In this document: in pieces, positions 1 through 12,766 of the stretch
Numbering within the stretch: the first letter of the stretch is position 1
Layout: each line of letters starts with the position of its first letter
Source of the DNA: Octopus sinensis
Taxonomy: Eukaryota
Assembly (NCBI RefSeq): GCF_006345805.1
Contig: NW_021836125.1
Location: forward strand, 1 to 64,000
Reading direction: 5' to 3'
DNA: 64,000 nucleotides
Position numbers and translations under genes: made by a program
Notes under the pieces: model-generated
The model's input: the letters and a program-made list of their open reading frames with translations, nothing else
Told to the model about the DNA's origin: nothing
Databases searched by the model: none

Positions 1-905
1 TCCTAAGTTAGTTAATTGATCGAGATGTTTTTTGAGCGGATATCCCTCGCGATAGTACGCTAAAACTCTTTCTCGATCGCGTCAGCCTCTCGCCCATAAA
101 GATCAGCCTCTTTAATTCATTAAATTATTAATTAGGACAAATTCCATTCTTCCGCGTCGCCTCCTCGGAAACAAGGGTGCCAACTGAGGTGTCAGTGTGG
201 AGCATAATCTTCCTTCTGAGCGAGTTCAAACGTTCCGCTTTTGAACAAGCAATTGCAAACTTCCAGCTGAGCAGGCATACTCAACCGTCTGGGCAATCGC
301 TTGTTGGTAGACCTTCCTGACACAATCTTCCAGGGGGAAGGGACTCTTCTTTAACCGCGCTTTCAAGACGTTCCACTTCCAAGACCTTTAGCTAGAACCT
401 CCTCCACTGACTTGAGAACGTCATTAAGGAGTCGAAAACTACGCCAAGGATCTTCTAGGTACTCGAAGAGGGAATAGGTTTGTCTCCAATGAATAGTTCC
501 AGTCTATCCTTGAATCTTCTATCAGTAGTAAAAAATGTGAACTGGGATTTAGATGCAGACACACACAACATGTTTGCAGATAGCCAATCACATACACAAT
601 TGAGGTGTGACTGGCCTATTGCAACAGCCACAGAAGGAGATTTATCTCTTGCAGCGATAATCAGGTCGTCCCGCATAGGATAAGAACATAATATCTGGGT
701 CCTTAGTAATAGGTAGGTATGTTAAAAAGAGAGGAGATAAAGGGGAGCCTTGTGGGACACCATTGGGAAGTAGTCTTGATCTTGAAGTAGTATTGTCAAT
801 ACGGACCCTTCCGCGTCGGCCAGTTAAGAAATTTCCCTAATAGTAAGCCCCGACATTTTCGTTTCCGACAAATCGAGCAACACAATATCAATTGTTTCAA
901 AATCG
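1..905 (-). mobile_element. Degenerate non-LTR retrotransposon (LINE) RT fragment
   Basis: The minus strand encodes RT motifs: PNGVPQGSPLSP (about 740-775) and a degraded YADD followed by DDLIIAARDK (ORF 455-676). Multiple stops and frameshifts. Confidence 0.75.
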
Positions 906-1413
906 GTAAAACTCTAACTGGAATGTGCCTAGATTAAAATCTCCTCGAAAGGAGTGTAATGAAATTGAAAGATTGGTCACTAATAATACCAAGAGAATTA
1001 CTTTAGCAGTTAGATAAGGCTAATGTTCTTAAAACAACTCTAAGACATCTCGTTCGATCATCGTAGCTTTTTCCAAACATTAAGTCAGCAACAGACGCTC
1101 GACTACACTTCTTGAAAGTTTGGCAGAGCCCAAAAAAAGATGAGAGGCAAGAAGAACTTTCTTTGTTTACATCGAACGCTCAGTACTAAATAAACAGTTT
1201 AGTAAAAGTGTTAAAAATATTTTCACGTTTAGTAAAAGCCACTCATGTTTTGTAAAGTTGATTAATTAGTTTTTTAATAAAGAATAAAGATTGACATTAA
1301 ATATCCAATTATAAAACGACAAATTCATAGCTTGTGCGACGACAGCAATCTTCATATAAACAAATATCCGAGGACAATTCACCAATAGTCTTTGAAAACG
1401 AAGAAAAGTCCTA

Positions 1414-3480
1414 TTATATCGCATAATCAAGAATTAACTTTACAAGAAGGACTCCAACCAAATCAACCACAGGACAACACAATGCTGAGGTAAATTGTCT
1501 CCTCATAAAGTCGACGTATCCCTCCATAACCTTGTTCGTTGAATAGGACCCAGTCAAAGACGCAATTTCAAACAAAAACGATATCACGTCTTCACCAATG
1601 ATAGAATAATTTGCAGATTTCATCAAAAAAGACAAACTTTCGCTCAACGACACAAAAAACTGATCTCTAGGCATTTCTAAGCTTTTCTAAGACAATAAAA
1701 TACAAATTCAAAAATTTGTTGTGTGATAAAATCTTAAAAATATAACATTTCGCTGACAAAGTTCAATATCAGGTTCCAAAAACGAGGACTCATAGGCAGT
1801 GTTCCTCTAAGCGAGTGGTAGCTATGCGCGCTGGGCACATTGCATTGTGCAGCGTTATTAAAGTGACGTATGCAAAAAAATTTTTGGGGGGGGGCAAATT
1901 TTACAATTAAACAAAACAATGGTTAACCCTAGATCTTGTCTGTGAACGACGCAATGTTGTTCAGTAAGATGAGGAACCTCAGCACGGATCAGTGATGCCA
2001 CGCCATTTCTTCTCCTAGCATAACGGAATGCCCCATCTGATGTAAACTTACCATCTTTTGAAAATCAAGATTGTTTGTCATGTAGAATTTCTGATTGCAA
2101 TGAAAATAGATTTACTGTCACAACTTGTAAGTTTCATTATGCTAGCAAAAACTGTTTTGTGATAATTTGTCCCGTAGGGACGATATTTAATATATAAATA
2201 AGCATTTGGTTACGGATATATCTGGCTTTCGTCACAATGAGTGTATGGAACCGAGACTCTCTAATTTCCTGCATACATATCTCTTTGACCACGTAGTCGA
2301 TGCATTCAACAAACTCAAATGCATAATTTTACTTCGCCAGCTATCAGGAAGTTCTACATATTTTGCCATATGATCATGTATATTCATAACAGAAAGCTAA
2401 TGAAGCATTCATGGAGAGAGCCAAAATAACATTGTCAATGAGAATTTTCACTTTTTCAATTTTACTTCGTGCACGATCACTCATTTTGAATCTCATCTGT
2501 CGGTCATCCTTAGACTCTGTGAGCAAGCAGCTGATTCAGTCCTGCTCGAATTCTTCTTAATTTTATTATTGAATCTGAATGAATTTTATGGGTAATATGT
2601 CTCTTCGATAATCCAATTTCCATATATCCAGGTTTTTCACTCGCAAAATCACAAGTCGCTTTAGCGTCGCCACATATTTTACAAACAAACTCCGCAGTCT
2701 TCGGAAAAACTAAAAATATCACCCAGTTGCACATGTTGGGGAATTTTTGAACTCTGGTGTTAAGGTTTCGACGTACTCTATCAACCATTCTGGCTTAAAA
2801 GAAGGAGAATTTTTCTTAAGTCTCATATCAATATTATAGACACGTTTTCGTTTTGAAATGAAAATAAGAATATATAAATTCATATAAAAAATTAAAAAAA
2901 ATAGCAATTTTAATATTATACTTTCTACTGCGCAGAGAAAAAAATTTCGCTGCGCAGCAAGGTGCAAAACTGCTGCGCGGCCGCGCACGCGCGCAGCTTA
3001 GAGGGAACACTGCTCATAGGCCAAAGATTTACAAAATATAATAATACTCGGAAAATAAGAATAAACAATGTTTGAACCGATTCAGTACGGAATTCCCCTT
3101 GGCAGGACTTTAAATAAAAAAATTGCCACTGAAACTTCAAAATGGATTCAAAGACATCAAAAATAGCGCGTAGTCCACTCACAGAAGACACATCCTTGAG
3201 TCTTTGAGCGAAACAACAACAAACTTTTGAAAAAGTATAAAAACGTTTATTTAGCAATATTCCAAGAAATTGTTCTACCATGTCAAAGACAGAAGTATTC
3301 ACATGTTCAAAGGCCACTGAAATCAGCTGCAAAAGTCTAAAATTAACTTTCTACGTCCAACCATCAAACGTGGACGGATTTTCAATCAAATAACAGATAT
3401 ATTCAGATTTGTAATCGTTGCCCTCAATTAGCGGGCAAAAAACACTCACAAAAAATCTAAAAGTCACCTTTCCCAATATA
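1414..3480 (-). pseudogene. Unidentified coding sequence (helical-looking protein) interrupted by a hAT element; possibly decayed
   Basis: ORF 2925-3332 (...YFVNLWPMS) continues in frame as PRFWNLILNFVSEMLYF once 1797-3012 and one TSD copy are removed, then runs into ORF 1414-1674. In-frame stops at about 1734 and about 3350. No family recognised. Confidence 0.45.
1797..3012 (-). mobile_element. Non-autonomous hAT DNA transposon, 1216 bp
   Basis: TIRs CAGTGTTC(C)CTCTAAGC at both ends. Perfect 8-bp TSD CTCATAGG (1789-1796, 3013-3020). Internal remnant with FVCKIC zinc-finger-like motif (ORF 2510-2788). Confidence 0.95.
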
Positions 3481-3650
3481 CTATCAATATATTCTTGACA
3501 ATATTAATGGATATATTTTTCTTGAAGCAAATCATGACCGAAGTTATAAACTCGAAATACCTCTGAGTTAGTCCACTAATTAAAGACACAGACACTCAAC
3601 CTCTCAAGAGTGTGTTTGAATTGAGAAAATGAACACTTCCGAACACTTTC

Positions 3651-4392
3651 GGATGTCGTTGTCTCTAAACTCTTTAAAAGTCATATGAATGTTATTAATC
3701 TAAGAAAGAACGGTTGAGCTAAAGGAGACCCTGGAGTATGTTCATTAAACACAGACATGGAATAAAGTTAGACGACAAAGAGTAAGCGTCTGCCGTTAAT
3801 AAAATGTCGAAATACGAGTCGATTCTCAAATAATCACAGACACGAATATTCAGTATAACAAGCCTGAAAAATTTTTGTACGCCAAAATTAAGGACGAAAT
3901 TACTCTCATCGAAGTCGGAATCACTTTCCAGAACCGCCTAAGCAGGTCGAGAAATGCCATAAATACGGTCTATTGGCAGGAGAGTTGTCAATTCTTTATG
4001 ACGCTCAAGTGAAATAATTCAAGTTTTTTAAGAACTACATTAAAAAGTTGGCTATCGAAGACGGAACTCAGTCTTATATACAGTCATTTGTGTTGAAGAA
4101 AACACTGGAGAGTATGATTGTTGAGCACAAGCAGGGGATCAGAATCACTGATGAGGAGATAAATTCAGCTAATAGCCTCTTAATTGAAGCAAGTCATTCG
4201 TATGAAGATAATATGGCGAATGAAGAAAAAAGAGTCGTAACTAACTTGTAGACGAGGATCAAAGAGTGGTGTTGGTTACTTCATCCTCTAAGAGAAAAAG
4301 ATTAACCTCTAGAGGACAATGAAATAATATTAACTTAATTATTCTATGTATGTTTTTTTAGAATTAAAAAGGTATCCTTGAATTTTGTAGTT
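3651..4392 (+). mobile_element. 3' end of an RLE-type (R4/NeSL-like) non-LTR retrotransposon, composite, copy 1
   Basis: Encodes KPEKFLYAKIKDEITLIEVGIT...KCHKYGLLAGEL and YIQSFVLKKTLESMIVEHKQG (restriction-like endonuclease C-terminus). Near-identical inverted copy at 62505-63242. Confidence 0.8.
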
Positions 4393-4744
4393 TTTACAAA
4401 TTAAAAATGGATTTTTCTAATAAACTTTATGTTGAGAATTGTTTGGCTAACCTTGGTTAAAGCGTTTTTAAATAAAATGCAAAATCAATACAATAATTAT
4501 CTGGAAATGACTGGATGTTGGTTTTTATGAACTCAGTAACTTCAATATTTTGGCAAAAATAATATTAAAATCAACAAAAGAATGAACAGAAAAAGAAAAT
4601 AACTTCCGAAAGGTAGTTTTTATTAAAAATTTTATACATAACCGATCTGGCGCCCCGACCTATCTGGACGGTGACAAAGAATATTAACAAAATCTATTCG
4701 CACCTAATAACAGATTTCCAAGTAGTTATTTACAAACTTGTCCA

Positions 4745-5020
4745 AAGAACATCCCACACGGTCTGGAAAACACCTTGAATGAACATGTCAGTATCAAGCT
4801 AGGCGAAGGTGATGTCCGTGTTGCAATTCGCACAGTTTCAAACGACGACACAGTGCTAAAACTGACTCCTAATGTCCTTGCCCATTCGAGATCAAAACAC
4901 CCGGACCATTCACCTGATGTAAGACCTCTTACTTGCTCATCTGTGCCTTCCACCTTCGACCTCCCAAAAGAAGAAATCAGAATTTCAATCAAATCATTCA
5001 GGAAGAGCAGCTGCGGCGGT
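4745..5020 (+). mobile_element. CRE-clade retroelement fragment (pre-RT region)
   Basis: KLGEGDVRVAIRTVS...SKHP...EIRISIKSFRKSSCGG aligns by eye with KLMQGDVSGAVRVIS...HKHP...EVSAALSSFPLSSSGG of the element at 8505-10817. Confidence 0.6.
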
Positions 5021-7089
5021 CATCTGCAACAACGTGAAATCGAAGACACGGCTCCTATCGAATGGGGTTCTCACACACCGATTGAACTCGATGGGTTTGC
5101 AATTTTCTGGACCGCCTCAACTCTTCTAATCGGAGAAAGTTATTTCTATATTTCAGCCACGTTGATGACGACGATACGTAAATGTGCGGGTTGTCCAGAC
5201 TGCTAAAAAGAGTCTTGTGAAGGCTTTTAAGTTGATCTTTTTAATTAGTGATTCCTTCTAAAGTTTGATCAACTCTTTCACATTAACTTGGGTAGCACCC
5301 AGACCATACTTAGCCGACACGTAAACTTTTATGGTCCCTAAGTGTGTACCATACGATTTTTTAACAGCCAGAATGGCAGCCTTCCTTTGGGATAGACTCA
5401 ATTCACTCCACAAGGTGTCGTGCATCTTAGTAAAAATTCACTCACTTAAGTGTGCAAAATTGAAATATTTTGAGATTTTATGTTTTTCGGCCTTTTTAGC
5501 GGCTGAACCTGACTGGTTGCAGAGTCAAATATGTTTGTCTTCGAAAAGGTTTACCAATCATTGTTTAACTACCTCAAAAATCGTCCCCGTTCGAGCTATT
5601 GACATGCCCCACGTCGGACAAAACATCCATTGGCATGGTCTGGAATCACTTAATTAGATAGGAATTTTATCTTTTTTCCTTATAACCCGGTGATCCTGGG
5701 GTAACAATAAATATATAAATTCAGTTTTTTAAGATTGTATTTACTCGTTCCCATTAAGTAGTGATTAGATTGTCGCAAATCAGATCAGGACTGCTCAATA
5801 ATTATTTTCTCTTCCTGTTTCATTTTATTTAATCACTAAACAAATAGCTGAACCATCTTCATCAGAGACATGCTTTTGATTTTTAGTGATGAACAACATC
5901 CCTAACCTGATTTACCGCTCTATAATAATTTGCTTTTCAAATACATCACGTTCACACATTTGCTTCACATGTAGACATCTTTATGTAGCATTACAATACT
6001 CAATATGATGACAAAAAATATCTTAGATTATTATTATTGTAAGGAAAGTAAATTTAGTAAATTTATGAATGTTAGTATTTATTCGATGGTTTTTTTTGTT
6101 TGTACACCCAATCGCATAAAAGGAAATTCTAGAATCATAAAAATTTTTACCATTAGAACTAGAGGAATTAAATTTGGGAAAACCTGGGTTTAATTAAAAC
6201 ATTATTTGCTTACTTCTAACACTTAGAGCATCATTAAATTCACGACCTTTGGTATTTGATTGTAATTTGTTTATTAATTCACTCTCAATTTTATTTTTTA
6301 ATAATTCACAGATACGAACATCTAAACTAAACTAAAATGAAATATACAATCTATTTTTACGTCTGTGTATATTTTTTCTTTAAAATTTAGATTAAAACTA
6401 ATTTACCTTCTAGAATTTGCTTGCAAATTTCAATTAATCTGAAATTATTAATTTTGTTATACGTATCAAGTTCAGTTATTGTATTCCTATCATCTGTAAA
6501 AATGAAAACAAAATGAAATACTTTTATCTACTTCTGGAGTAATATTCATACTATAATTAAATTAAATATTATTTACATTTGAATCACATAGCTATTTGTC
6601 ATAAATGTTACTGTGAGCAAAATGGTCAGGAAAATCATTTTCTTTAAAGGAATCGTTATTTGTTTTATACTCTTGTATTTGTACTTTAATTTTGTACTAT
6701 ATTTCTAATTGCTAGTTAAAATAAATCAATAAACATTTATATTCTATTTTAAATGCAAACTTTTGTTTAAAATACAAATATTTATGTACTAAATTGGTGA
6801 AATAATTGATAACCGATTTTTAGTTTGACAAACAACGTATTTTTGTGATTTAGAAACACTTTACAAAAGCGTTGATATCAAAGAATAGTGAGGATAAAAT
6901 TCCAAAGACGCCTCGCATAATACTGCCTTTTGTACTAAATGCCTCTTCTCTATTCCCAGGAGGAACGGGTTTAGATGCCCGATCTCTCAGCAGTATTTCC
7001 ATCTCAGTTGCCTCAAAATTTCGAAAAAGACTGCAATAAAGATTTGCCCTCATGCCTTTCATCCAAAAGCCTTGGATCGGATGCTTTAC

Positions 7090-7755
7090 GGAATGCTCCT
7101 TTGCCTTTCTCTCTCTTGGACGTGGATATTCGCTTTTCCCGATGTTGGACTCTGGAATCAACGCAAGTGCGGGACGGCCCAACACATGTGGAACGCTCTC
7201 AAAAAGTTCAGACCTGCCAGCTATTGCACAGACTCAGAACAGAAAAGTCAACCTGAATTGATAAACTCATGAAATTCTACGCCGGAATCAGCCACAAGAA
7301 TCATCTAAAGATAAACTCATATTATGTAAACAATAAACCAAAGAAATCAAACACACCACCTATTATCGCAGCGGTGATTACCAGTACAAAATCATCCCTA
7401 TCCTGTGGACCAGACTTGATTCCAACAACCTTGCTAAAGCACCTTGGTCCCATCGGAATTAATGCAGTGACAAACATTTTCAACTATTCTGTTAACCAGA
7501 ATCAAATACCAAATATATGAAGAAATTCTCTTATACGCCCAACTCTCAAGCCGGGCCGACCGAAGAACGTCCCCTCCTCCTATAGACCCATCTCACTTTT
7601 ATGTTGATTTGCAAAGATTCGTGAAAAACTAATTCTCGATTTGATCACCCTATTCTCCCCCTTACATACATCCAACATGGCTTCAGGAGTAATTTCTCTA
7701 CATCGACACATCTTACCACATTAACCCAGTTTATAATGGAAGGTTTTGCAATTAT
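7090..7755 (+). mobile_element. LINE (Jockey/I-like) RT N-terminal remnant
   Basis: Encodes GPDLIPTTLLKHL, IFNYSVNQNQIPNIW, SYRPISLL and SQHGFRSNFST, with stops. Ends where the CRE poly-T begins. Confidence 0.8.
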
Positions 7756-7767
7756 TAATTTTTAAAA

Positions 7768-10700
7768 TTTTTTTTTTTTTATATTTAATTTCTCATATTT
7801 TAAACTACCTAAATACAGTCAAATTAATTAATAGCGAATTAATGTCGTGAACTTGAGGGTTAGTCCGACGACGAAGCACTGCGGATAGAGAGGCAGTTCC
7901 CGCGAAGAATTGCAACCGAGATGCGCTGGAAAAGCCAGCTCGTCTCCCTCCGGTCATTTGTATTCTGTGATTCCAACCACACCGGAGGTCTCAAAGGCTA
8001 GGGGGACAAACTCAACGACGTTCGGAAACACAGCGTACTTCGTCAACTTCCTTTCTTCTGCCAGCGCACATGCGTAGCCTGGTGTACTGGCTGTTCCTGT
8101 GAGCACAGTATCTGAAAAGGAGTCGACGCAAGTTACATCCCAAACAAGAGACCTTCCTCCTCTAAAGGGAAATATAGTCATCCCGTCAGGACGCTTTCCG
8201 TCACTGCGGCAGAGCCCAATAGGTTCAAGGGTCGATGGGAATCCCGCAGAATCCAAAGCCCTTTTCACCACTTCATTAAGGAGGACGTGGCGGGGAAATC
8301 GGCCAGCACTCCTCCTACAGGACAATGCGTGTAAACCGTTCGAAGGAATCAAAAAACCACAGCGACAACGGTGAGGTTGGCAGATTTCAAGTCCAAGTCG
8401 AAGACACACTCCGATACGTATAGTTTCGTCTTCCATAAGCAGACCATTGGACGCCAACGGAAGTGCGTTTAGCCAGTCTCCTGAGTGAGGCTGACAGGCA
8501 CAGTTCAAAGAAGCCAGTTCCAGCTGGTGACTCGCGTGCGAAGACTCTCCAACAGGTGTGTGCACCAGATGACATCCCAACTCTTCTGTATTGAAGGAAT
8601 CTCCGGAAGGCCAAGTCTGAGCGATCTCCAGGCGAGAACAGCAACAGGGTATTCCGTAAGCTCATCAAGTTCGAGTGAGTTGATAAGAACAGAGCGAACG
8701 AAATTGCCGGAAGCAGACATCGACGAGAGATAACAAGGCAAAGCAAGATCTGCACAAGAACGAACCCCAAGGCCACCAAAGCGGAGTGGAAGTGCGGCAC
8801 GTGTACGTCCCACGTCAGTGAACAAAGTGTTCAGTAGTAACTGTAATGATGATGTAACCGCGTCATCCAAATCCAAAAGTTCTTGACGTGAGCGAAAACA
8901 AGGAGACGTTCGGAGCAAAAAGGTTAAACGGGGGATGAAAAGAAAGTTTTTCAGCAAAAACAGCCCCAGATGGGAGCCAAACAGTCGTAATCGGTCGCAG
9001 AGAGGAGCAATCTTATCTCGTTGTGAAACGATAGCCTTCGCAATTCCCTTATCAGAAATCGGTGAACCCAGAATCACAAGATCCGCGAGAGCGGTTATAC
9101 GAAGGCCGTCAATTTTCTCCGAAAGGGCCATAAAAACCTCACTCTGTTGGGTTAGCGGCTCCGTAAGTCCGATTAGTTCACATTTTGCACCATTTAGAGA
9201 AAGGCCAATCTTCAAAAATTCAGATATTATCTTCGAGGCGTCGTCCATAATGACTTCTAAAGGCCCACCGAGAGTGACATCATCCAAATACCAAAAATTG
9301 ATAGGCGAAGAAATGCCACGTGCAACGTGATCAACACAGACAGCGAATAGTAGAGGACCGAGGGGGTCGCCCTGTTGGATTCCACACTCAGAGTTGATAA
9401 TTTTTCCGGAAAAAAGTAAGCTGCTCGGCAAGGAATAGGCCAAGGATACAATTGGGAGAAGATCAGGGCAACGTTCACCAACAGCCTCAAGCATGTGGTC
9501 TCTTCTGACACTATTAAAAGCATTCTTGATATCGAGCTTAAGCAAGAAGGGTACATTCTTCGGTTTCGAAATAGTCACCTGGCGAGAGGCGTGAGCTAGT
9601 GCTTCACAGGCCCCTTTAACACCAACCCCGAACTGGAATGGCATGAATTCCCGACTCAATTGCGGAATAACACGACGTGACATTATTTTGGCACCAAGGC
9701 GTCTGAAGACATTACCAACTGCAATTGGCCGTAAACCGCCATCACTCTTACGGAGAGCTGTTAGATTGGCCGAAAATAGGAGATCCCTCGCAACAGCAGG
9801 GATGGCGCCTGTGACAATTCGAGAGCAGAGCCGATTGATCGAATCCAGGAGAGCACGGCCCGAGTCGGCAGTCAAGGGAGATATAAGGTCCCTCAGATGT
9901 ATGGGCTTTATTCCGTCAATGCCTCCACTGCTGCTGAGCGGGAAGGACGACAAAGCAGCTGAGACCTCGGAGTTAGTCGTATGGGGGACATTGGCCGAGC
10001 ACGGATTGGACGTTAATCGAAGATTTTCAGGGGCACTAGGATGCTTGTGGCACAATTCCAAGTACACGGCCTCTGAAGGAGGCGCCACGGGCGTGTTTGA
10101 AGAGATCACCCGGACTGCCCCACTGACGTCCCCTTGCATAAGTTTACTTTTAACTGCCCGTATCATGAAAGAACAATCCGTGTCGTGCGTAGAGGCACAG
10201 GACTCTACGTTCTGGGGTTTGGAAGATAAGAGGCCAACAGACAGCCAGTCCGGGTCAAAATCTGAATGAACAAAACAGGAACAAGCGTCTTTAATCCGCT
10301 GGGCTGGTGATACCTGTCGGCCATCCCGCAATCGGACGGTACGAGACCCCAAGCATAACGGAGCAAAGCAGAAAAGTTTAAACCAAGCTTCATGAGAATC
10401 GGACGACAGTGCCTGATCGATGATAGTAGAAAGGGCCTTCGCGGCCGATAGTCTCGCTGACTTAGGGATTCTCGCCAGCACAGGTGATGAAATCCGAAAG
10501 GTAGAAAGGAGGCATAAGAAAATCTCGCTATCCAGGCAGTGGGAAGTAGCTTTCATAACAGAAGCGGGGCGGATTAGGTTGTATGGATTAAGAGAAGGCA
10601 CAAGACATCCAGAACACTTCCAATTAGATAATAACAGAGAGCGGGCTTTGGAGAGTCCCACGCAGGATAGGTGGAAGAAAAGGCCACAAGAAACACAAGT

Positions 10701-10840
10701 ACGTCCCTTCTTGCGGGAATTCAATACATTGCAACCAGAGCATAGAGAAACGGTATTACCATTGTTGGGCTCCTTCTTCAACGCAACTTTTTCTATCTTC
10801 ATATTGAAAATTAACAAAAAAACAATAAAAGAAAAAAAAA
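7768..10840 (-). mobile_element. Near full-length CRE-clade non-LTR retrotransposon: PHD finger + RT + CCHC zinc knuckle + RLE
   Basis: ORF 8505-10817 has a C4HC3 PHD, RPIAVG, LDIKNAFNSV, QQGDPLGP and WYLDD. After a frameshift, ORF 7954-8580 has CRCG...H...C, RPDG, WDVTC and PLAFET. Poly-A tail at 7768-7780. A small deletion in the RLE C-terminus suggests a dead copy. Confidence 0.95.
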
Positions 10841-11083
10841 AATTTTTAAATTAAATATAATTATTATTAAAAATATTAGTCCTTCTTTTTTTAGCTATAA
10901 ATTTTTTAATATAATAAATTAATTATTAAAATATATTCAAAAAATTAATAATTATTATAAAACTAATAAATATTTAAAATTTTATTTGTTGTGAGTTTTA
11001 TAGTGTCGACTTTTTAAATGTATAAATATCCTACAAAATACTAATTTTCCTATTCTAATAATTATATATATCAATAGTAGAAC

Positions 11084-12457
11084 ATGGAAGACAAAATCAA
11101 ACCAGGAGACAGTCGATTAACCACAAATGTAATCATTTCCGGAATCCCATCCTTTGTCCAAAAACTGTGGATAATCGTCAACGACCCTCTGACCGACCAC
11201 CTGATCTGCTGGGACACAGTTTTTTATTTTATTTTTATATTCTAGAACGGCCACAGCTTCCACATTTTAGACACAGTCACATTCTCTAATCAACTACTCC
11301 CCAAATACTTCAAACATTCAAATATATCCAGTTTTGTTCGACAATTGAATATGTGTAAGTATTTATGTAATATTTATTTAAATAAACCATAATTTTTGAC
11401 CACAATTTTTTGTAGATGGATTCAAAAAAGTGCTGACTCTAGAACAGAGTCAAATCCATACAAATTCAATGCAGTTTTGCCATCCAGCATTCAATTGGAA
11501 TCGAGACGGGGACTTGATTCATATAAAAAGAAAGATTGGAGGAACCAGTTCTCTCAGAACTTCTTTCGGCTTGGAGGAAATACAGTCAGATTCGGAGATG
11601 AATTCGATTATAAGTGATATGGGGTCTCTCCGTATTCGGGCTGACAATTTGGAGTGTGTGGTTGAGGAACTTAAATAGTATTGACAGTAATAAGCCTTAG
11701 TGATAACGCCTGTCTTAACGACGAGCTGAATGAACTGAGGACAAATTACACAAACCAACAACAAATAATAAACAAAGTATATTTTATTATTTAATATATT
11801 ATAATATTTATGTTTATTTTATTATATAATAATTTATAGTTAATAAGTGTTATTGTCACGTTTTTTGGGAATATTGACCCCAAGTTGCTAAGAACTGATC
11901 CTCGAGTGATGCCTCAGTTGCTTGAGTGGCTTCCTCAAGTCAGCAATCCTCAGTCTCCAGTCCAAGTGTCAGGCACAGGGGGGACCACCCCTTCATACGA
12001 CCTCTCTCGTATATACAACAAGACATCCCCCATTCTCTCAACAACCAACGTGAGTTGATTGGGGACTAAATTTCAGCCAAGCAACACTTTGGTAGTTCAG
12101 GATTTATCGGATATTACTGACTGTTCTCCTTATAAAAGAGTTGGTGGTGTTTTTATACAATCAGAAGGGGAATGGAGTTGTGGAGAATCCGCCTCATTTG
12201 GATATTCCTTCTCAAATTGAGTGGCAGTTGCCCAATAATAAGGTTTTTGATGTCGACATGTTCGATAACGAAAGGTGACTTGTGTTGATATTTGGATTAG
12301 GCTGAAGAGGACACACTCCACTGAGGTGGGCAAGGACTCGTCCAAGATATCCACTTATAGTTCAGAAGGAGACGAAAAGAAGAGACCGGCTAATCGTTCA
12401 CTCGTCTGGCGATTTAATAGGCAAACCAACAAATTTGATAAAGTCGAGCCTTCCTGA
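11084..12457 (+). CDS. HSF: Heat shock transcription factor
   Basis: DNA-binding domain PSFVQKLW...[25 protein letters not shown]|GFKKV, followed by an HR-A/B region (NQQQIINK). Open reading frame after removing GT-AG introns such as 11219-11245 (27 nt). Confidence 0.95.
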
Positions 12458-12590
12458 ATATTAACTTATATTTAGTTTTTTTTATATACTCAGTTGTTTC
12501 TATTTCTGACAGTGTTTAGGCGTGTTTGATTAATCCGCAATGTGAATATTTTCAGCCTTATTTGACTGAGATAAAAATGTCGTTTCTAGA

Positions 12591-12716
12591 GGACTTTTTT
12601 AATGTATAAATATTCTACAAACAAATTTATATATCAATGGAAGACAAAATCAAATCAGGAGACAGTCGATTACCCACAAATGTAATCATTTATATACTCG
12701 GTTGTTTTTATTTCAG
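12591..12716 (+). pseudogene. Internally deleted tandem duplicate of HSF (upstream region + first 18 codons joined to 3' flank)
   Basis: 12591-12690 matches 11008-11138 (MEDKIKSGDSRLPTNVII vs [18 protein letters not shown]). 12691 onward matches 12483-12505, just downstream of the HSF stop. Confidence 0.8.
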
Positions 12717-12766
12717 GTAGTATTGTTATTAGTCAAAACAAGGTAAAAAAATAAATTAAGCGGGAT

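Noticed and set aside
2925-3480. FANCE-like identity for the hAT-interrupted gene
   Set aside because: Only vague pattern similarity; needs an HMM search.
5020-5900. Possible Gypsy or DDE transposase remnant
   Set aside because: Motif matches are weak and conflicting between strands.
8935-10269. Long plus-strand ORFs (131 aa and 208 aa)
   Set aside because: Antisense shadows of the GC-rich CRE RT ORF, with no independent motifs.
7757-10850. AATTTTTAAA at both ends of the full-length CRE as a TSD
   Set aside because: Low-complexity match in AT-rich DNA, and the LINE on the left does not resume on the right.
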